DNA of 64,000 nt, taken from the NCBI GenBank assembly GCA_964016885.1, contig OZ024752.1, positions 19,406,001-19,470,000 of the forward strand, written 5' to 3'. The position numbers and the translations under genes are program-made. The notes beneath the pieces were generated by a model. The model made no database searches. It was not told the DNA's origin and saw only the letters and a program-made list of their open reading frames with translations. Origin of the DNA: Eledone cirrhosa. Taxonomy: Eukaryota. Of this stretch, positions 57,774-64,000 are shown piece after piece; within the stretch, counting starts at the first letter, position 1, and each line of letters begins with the position of its first letter.

Positions 57774-58239
57774 ATTATTTTCTAATCCTAAGTAATATTA
57801 ACACACAGACATCGAACAGCAAGTTACGTGATAAAAAAATAAAGATTGTTTGGTTAGTTGTAATGCCTTCGAGAGAGAAAGAAGGACTTAGAAGAAGTGA
57901 GAATAGGAAAGGTAGCGCCTGTCTATCGCTTCGAGACAACTGTGAAGAAATGAGGAAGTTTTCCTCAGACCATATTCCAAGTCCAAAAACTTAGAGCAAA
58001 ATGGCTTACACTAAAAGCAACCAAGGGGGAAGTGGTGTTAAAATGGGAGCCTGATTAATTCACTCCAAAATAGAAAGAGTTCCTCAACCGAATTTTCACA
58101 GTTTCTGCTGACCAAATTTTAACCAGATACATTTGATTGATCTTGGGCTGTGCTAAAAAATATTTTTCTGCTGTGAGACGGAGCTGGAATGCGAGAACCG
58201 AAGTCACGTAATTTATTAAACGAAGTCTTTAATTAGGCA

Positions 58240-61200
58240 ACAGCCATGTCTAATCTCAACTTAACCCACACAGCCATGTCTGATCTCAACTTAACCCACA
58301 CAGCCATGTCTCATCTCAGCTTAACCCACAGAGCCACATCTGATCTCAACTTAACCCACACAGTCATGTCTCATCTCAACTTAACCCACAGTGCCATGTC
58401 TCATCTCAATTTAACCCACAAAACCATGTCTGATCTCAACTTAACCCATACAGCCATGTCTGATCTCAACTTAACCCACACAACCACACCTGATCTCAAC
58501 TTAATCCACACAGTCATGTCTCATCTCAACTTAACCCACACAGCCACACCTGATCTCAGCTTAACCCACACAGCCACACCTCATCTCAACTTGAGCCACA
58601 CAGCCACACCTGATCTCAGCTTAACCCACGCAGGCACATCTCATCTCAACTTAACCCACACAGCCACACCCGATCTCAACTTAACCCACACAGCCATGTT
58701 TCATCTCAACTTAACCCACACAGCCATGTCTCATCTCAACTTACCCACACAACCACGTCTGATCTCAACTTAACCCACACAGCCATATTTCATCTCAACT
58801 TAACCCACACAGCCACACCCGATCTCAACTTAACCCACACAGCCATGTCTCATCTCAACTTAACAAACACAGCCACACCTGATCTCAGCTTAACCCACAC
58901 AGCCACACCTCATCTCAACTTGAGCCACACAGCCACACCTGATCTCAGCTTAACCCACACAGGCACACCTCATCTCAACTTAACCCACACAGCCATGTTT
59001 CATCTCAACTTAACCCACACAGCCATGTCTCATCTCAATTTACCCACACAACCACGTCTGATCTCAACTTAACCCACACAGCCATGTCTCATCTCAACTT
59101 AACCCACACAGCCATATTTCATCTCAACTTAACCCACACAGCCACACCCGATCTCAACTTAACCCACACAGCCATGTCTCATCTCAACTTAACCCACACA
59201 GCCACACCTGATCTCAGCTTAACCCACACAGCCACACCTCATCTCAACTTGAGCCACACAGCCACACCTGATCTCAGCTTAACCCACGCAGGCACATCTC
59301 ATCTCAACTTAACCCACACAGCCACACCTGATCTCAACTTAACCCACACAGCCATGTTTCATCTCAACTTAACCCACACAGCCATGTCTCATCTCAACTT
59401 ACCCACACAACCACGTCTGATCTCAACTTAACCCACACAGCCATGTCTCATCTCAACTTAACCCACACAGCCATATTTCATCTCAACTTAACCCACACAG
59501 CCACACCCGATCTCAACTTAACCCACACAGCCATGTCTCATCTCAACTTAACCCACACAGCCACACCTGATCTCAGCTTAACCCACACAGCCACACCTCA
59601 TCTCAACTTGAGCCACACAGCCACACCTGATCTCAGCTTAACCCACACAGGCACACCTCATCTCAACTTAACCCACACAGCCATGTTTCATCTCAACTTA
59701 ACCCACACAGCCATGTCTCATCTCAACTTACCCACACAACCACGTCTGATCTCAACTTAACCCACACAGCCATGTCTCATCTCAACTTAACCCACACAGC
59801 CATATTTCATCTCAACTTAACCCACACAGCCACACCCGATCTCAACTTAACCCACAAAACCACATCTCATCTCAACTTAACCCACACAACCATGTCTGAT
59901 CTCAGCTTAACCTACACAGCCACATCTGATCTTAACTTAACCCACACAGTCACACCTGATCTCAACTTAACCCACAGAGCCACACCTCGTCTCAACTTAA
60001 CCCACACAGCGACACCTCATCTCAACTTAACCCACACAGCCACACCTCATCTCAACTTTGCCCACACAGCCATGTCTCATCTCAACTTAACCCACACAGC
60101 CACACCCAATCTCAACTTAACCCACACAGCTATGTCTCATCTCAACTTAACCCACACAGCCACACCTCATCTCAACTTAACCCACACAGCCATGTCTGAT
60201 CTCAACTTAACCCACACAGCCATGTTCAATCTCAACTTAGCCACACACCCATGTCTCATCTCAACTTAACCCACAAAACCATGTCTCATCTCAACTTACC
60301 CCAAACAACCACACCTGATCTCAACTTAACCCACACAGCTATGTCTCATCTCAACTTAACCCACATAGCGACACCTGACCTCAATTAAACCACACAACCA
60401 CGTCTGATCTCAACTTAACCCACACAGCCATGCCTGATCTCAACTTAAACCACACAGCCACACCTCATCTCAACTTAACCCACAAAGCCATGTCTCATCT
60501 CAACTTAAACCACACAGCCACACCTCATCTCAACTTAACCCACAAAGCCATGTCTCATCTCAACTTAACCCACACAGCCATGTCTCATCTCAACTTAACC
60601 CACACAGCCACACCTGACCTCAACTTAACCCACACAACCACGTATGATCTCAACTTAACCCACACAGCCACAGCTGATCTCAACTTAACCCACTCAACCA
60701 CACCTGATCTCAACTTAACCCACACAGCCACACCTGATCTCAACTTAACCCACACAACCATGCCTGATCTCAACTTAACCCACACAGCCATGTCTGATCT
60801 CAACTTAAGCCACACAGCCATGTTTGATCTCAACTTAACCCACACAGTCATGTCTCATCTCAACTTAACCCACAGAGCCACACCGATCTCAACTTAACCC
60901 ACACAACCACACCTCATCTCAACTTGAGTCACACAGCCACACCTGATCTCAACTTAACCCACACATCCACACCCGATCTCAACTTAACCCACACAGCCAC
61001 ACCTGATCTCAACTTAACCCACACAGTCACACTTCGTCTCAACTTAACCCACACAGCGACACCTCATCTAAACTTAACCCACACAGCCACACCTCATCTC
61101 AACTTAACCCACACAGCCATGTCTCATCTCAACTTACCCATACACCCATGTCTCATCTCAACTTAACCCACACAGCCATGTCTCATCTCAACTTAACCCA

Positions 61201-63139
61201 AACAACCACACCTGATCTCAACTTAACCCACATAGCCATGTCTCATCTCAACTTAACCCACACAGCCACACCTGACCTCAACTTAACCCACACAACCACG
61301 TCTGATCTCAACTTAACCCACACAGCCATGCTTGATCTCAACTTAACCCACACAGCCACATCTCGTCTCAACTTAACCCACACAGCCACACCTCATCTCA
61401 ACTTAACCCACATAGCCATGTCTCATCTCAACTTAACCCTCACAGCCATGTCTCATCTCAACTTAACCCACACAGCCACACCTGACCTCAACTTAACCCG
61501 CACAACAACGTCTGATCTCAACTTAACCCACACAGCCATGCCTGATCTCTACGTAACCCACACAGCCACACCTGATTTCAACTTAACCCACACAACCAGA
61601 CCTGATCTCAACTTAACCCACACAGCCATACCTGATCTCAACTTAACCCACACAACCATGCCTGATCTCAACTTAGCCCACACAGCCATGTCTGATCTCA
61701 ACTTAACCCACAAAGCCATGTCTCATCTCAACTTAACCCACACAGCCATGTCTCATCTCAACTTAACCCACACAGCCACACCTGACCTCAACTTAACCCA
61801 CACAACCACGTATGATCTCAACTTAACCCACACAGCCACAGCTGATCTCAACTTAACCCACTCAACCACACCTGATCTCAACTTAACCCACACAGCCACA
61901 CCTGATCTCAACTTAACCCACACAACCATGCCTGATCTCAACTTAACCCACACAGCCATGTCTGATCTCAACTTAAGCCACACAGCCATGTTTGATCTCA
62001 ACTTAACCCACACAGTCATGTCTCATCTCAACTTAACCCACAGAGCCACACCGATCTCAACTTAACCCACACAACCACACCTCATCTCAACTTGAGTCAC
62101 ACAGCCACACCTGATCTCAACTTAACCCACACATCCACACCCGATCTCAACTTAACCCACACAGCCATGTCTCATCTCAACTTAACCCACACAGCCACAC
62201 CTGATCTCAACTTAACCCACACAGTCACACTTCGTCTCAACTTAACCCACACAGCGACACCTCATCTAAACTTAACCCACACAGCCACACCTCATCTCAA
62301 CTTAACCCACACTGCCATGTCTCATCTCAACTTATCCCACACAGCCATGTCTCATCTCAACTTAATCCATACACCCATGTCTCATCTCAACTTAACCCAC
62401 ACAGCCATGTCTCATCTCAACTTAACCCAAACAACCACACCTGATCTCAACTTAACCCACATAGCCATGTCTCATCTCGACTTAACCCACACAGCCACAC
62501 CTGACCTCAACTTAACCCACACAACCACGTCTGATCTCAACTTAACCCACACAGCCATGCTTGATCTCAACTTAACCCACACAGCCACATCTCGTCTCAA
62601 CTTAACCCACACAGCCACACCTCATCTCAACTTAACCCACATAGCCATGTCTCATCTCAACTTAACCCTCACAGCCACACCTGACCTCAACTTAACCCGC
62701 ACAACAACGTCTGATCTCAACTTAACCCACACAGCCATGCCTGATCTCTACGTAACCCACACAGCCACACCTGATCTCAACTTAACCCACACAACCAGAC
62801 CTGATCTCAACTTAACCCACACAGCCATACCTGATCTCAACTTAACCCACACAACCATGCCTGATCTCAACTTAGCCCACACAGCCATGTCTGATCTCAA
62901 CTTAACCCACACAGCCATGTCTCATCTCAACTTAACCCACAAAACCATGTCTGATCTCAACTTAACCCACACAGCCATGCTCCTCATCTCAACTTAACCC
63001 ACACAGCCACACCTCATCTCAACTTAACCCACACAGCCATGCCTGATCTCAACTTAACCCACACAACCACACCTCATCTCAACTTAACCCACAGAGCCAC
63101 ATCTGATCTCAATTTTACCCACACAGCCACATCTGCACC
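58240..63139. repeat. 30-bp minisatellite array (about 160 copies; CACACAGCCACACCTCATCTCAACTTAACC) with higher-order duplications
   Basis: Period 30 with occasional 29-bp units; a block duplicated at offset 1168 (60585-60851 vs 61753-62019). Confidence 0.97.
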
Positions 63140-63299
63140 CAATCTTAGGTATGTTAACCTTTTCGAACAATATTTGAAAGACAGATATTGCTTCCCTTTT
63201 CAAATAGATTTGAAAATAATAAAGAATTTGGACGCATTTAGTAATGTGACTACTATTCTCACTATTAATATGGTGTTTAGAACATAAACTTAACAAAAG

Positions 63300-63465
63300 T
63301 CCGAGGTTAACTTTACCTTTCATCCTTACGGGGTCGATAAAATAAAGTACCAGTAATACACTGGACAATTGCTGGCCTTGTGCCAAAAGTAGAAACAATT
63401 AAATTATAATTGTTTCTACTTTTGGCACAAGGCCAGCAATTACCCTCGGCGGGTTAACTTTGCCT
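63300..63465. mobile_element. Family-1 SINE 3' half followed by a short inverted copy of its tail
   Basis: 63300-63400 (+); 63407-63445 inverted tail. Confidence 0.8.
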
Positions 63466-64000
63466 AAAACAATTAAATTATAATGGAAGTTCTTTTTAAT
63501 AAATATTGACACTTTAAATCAAGCAATTGTTTATCGTAGAACCAAGATGCAAGCCTGAGAAAGGTGTTTTTTTGTGGAAGAGCAACAGTCGGTCATGCAT
63601 ACCTGCCTCCTCTCTATCTCTCCCCATTTTGGTACCTATGACGTCACAACTTATTCTTACCAGCTGAGTGGACTAGAGACATGTGGAATAATGTTTCTAC
63701 TCAGGGACACCACGCCCCGTTATCCAACTGTCGACCCCTACCATTGTCAGCTCTACACTTTAGTCAGTGAGCCATGCGACTTCACTCACTTAAGATATCT
63801 TTACAGTAGTAGCATAAAAGTAGGCAAGGTGAAAATATTTCCTCATTCCGTCAGTCAACAGACATACTGTTTATACACTCGTCACCTATCGAGCCTTACT
63901 ACCTACTTATATTTCAGCATCGTCCCCCCACCCTTCTCTTCCTTTTACACCTCCTCCTCATTACTATCATCATCTCCATCATCACTATCATCATCACTAT

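Noticed and set aside
58240-63139. Telomere-like TTAACCC motif in the satellite
   Set aside because: Single heptamer per 30-bp unit, not tandem (TTAGGG)n
58246-63287. Long ORFs of SHLNLTHTA(M/T) repeats resembling a mucin with N-glycosylation sequons
   Set aside because: Product of a stop-free 30-bp satellite; 29-bp units shift the frame repeatedly; no signal peptide or unique domain

Overview
Repeat-saturated, AT-rich animal genomic DNA with no intact host protein-coding gene. The SINE families and microsatellite load suggest a coleoid cephalopod (Octopus-like); that assignment is inference. Nearly all short ORFs in the supplied track are microsatellite or satellite translation artefacts. 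Real coding remnants are all retroelements: four Penelope-like (RT and/or GIY-YIG, Naiad-like) fragments, an R4/Dong-like RLE 3' end, a CRE-like RLE element, a CR1/L2-type LINE, a near full-length RTE and further RTE fragments. There are also about 15 tRNA-derived SINEs, hAT and mariner MITEs, and several minisatellites. The main hidden signal is a dense set of type I hammerhead ribozyme motifs (about a dozen full cores from at least seven unrelated families). Most families have their own palindromic stem III. Some motifs sit in Penelope 3' pseudo-LTRs and others in ORF-less 500-650 nt tandem or circularly permuted monomers (retrozyme-like). They are inserted in (TA)n tracts, and many inversion breakpoints fall inside hammerhead stem II. 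Two unique islands look like host promoters or first exons: about 9.15-9.7 kb (RFX X-box) and about 42.2-43.4 kb (ETS/CRE/E-box plus splice donors). Ribozyme folds were paired by eye, not computed.
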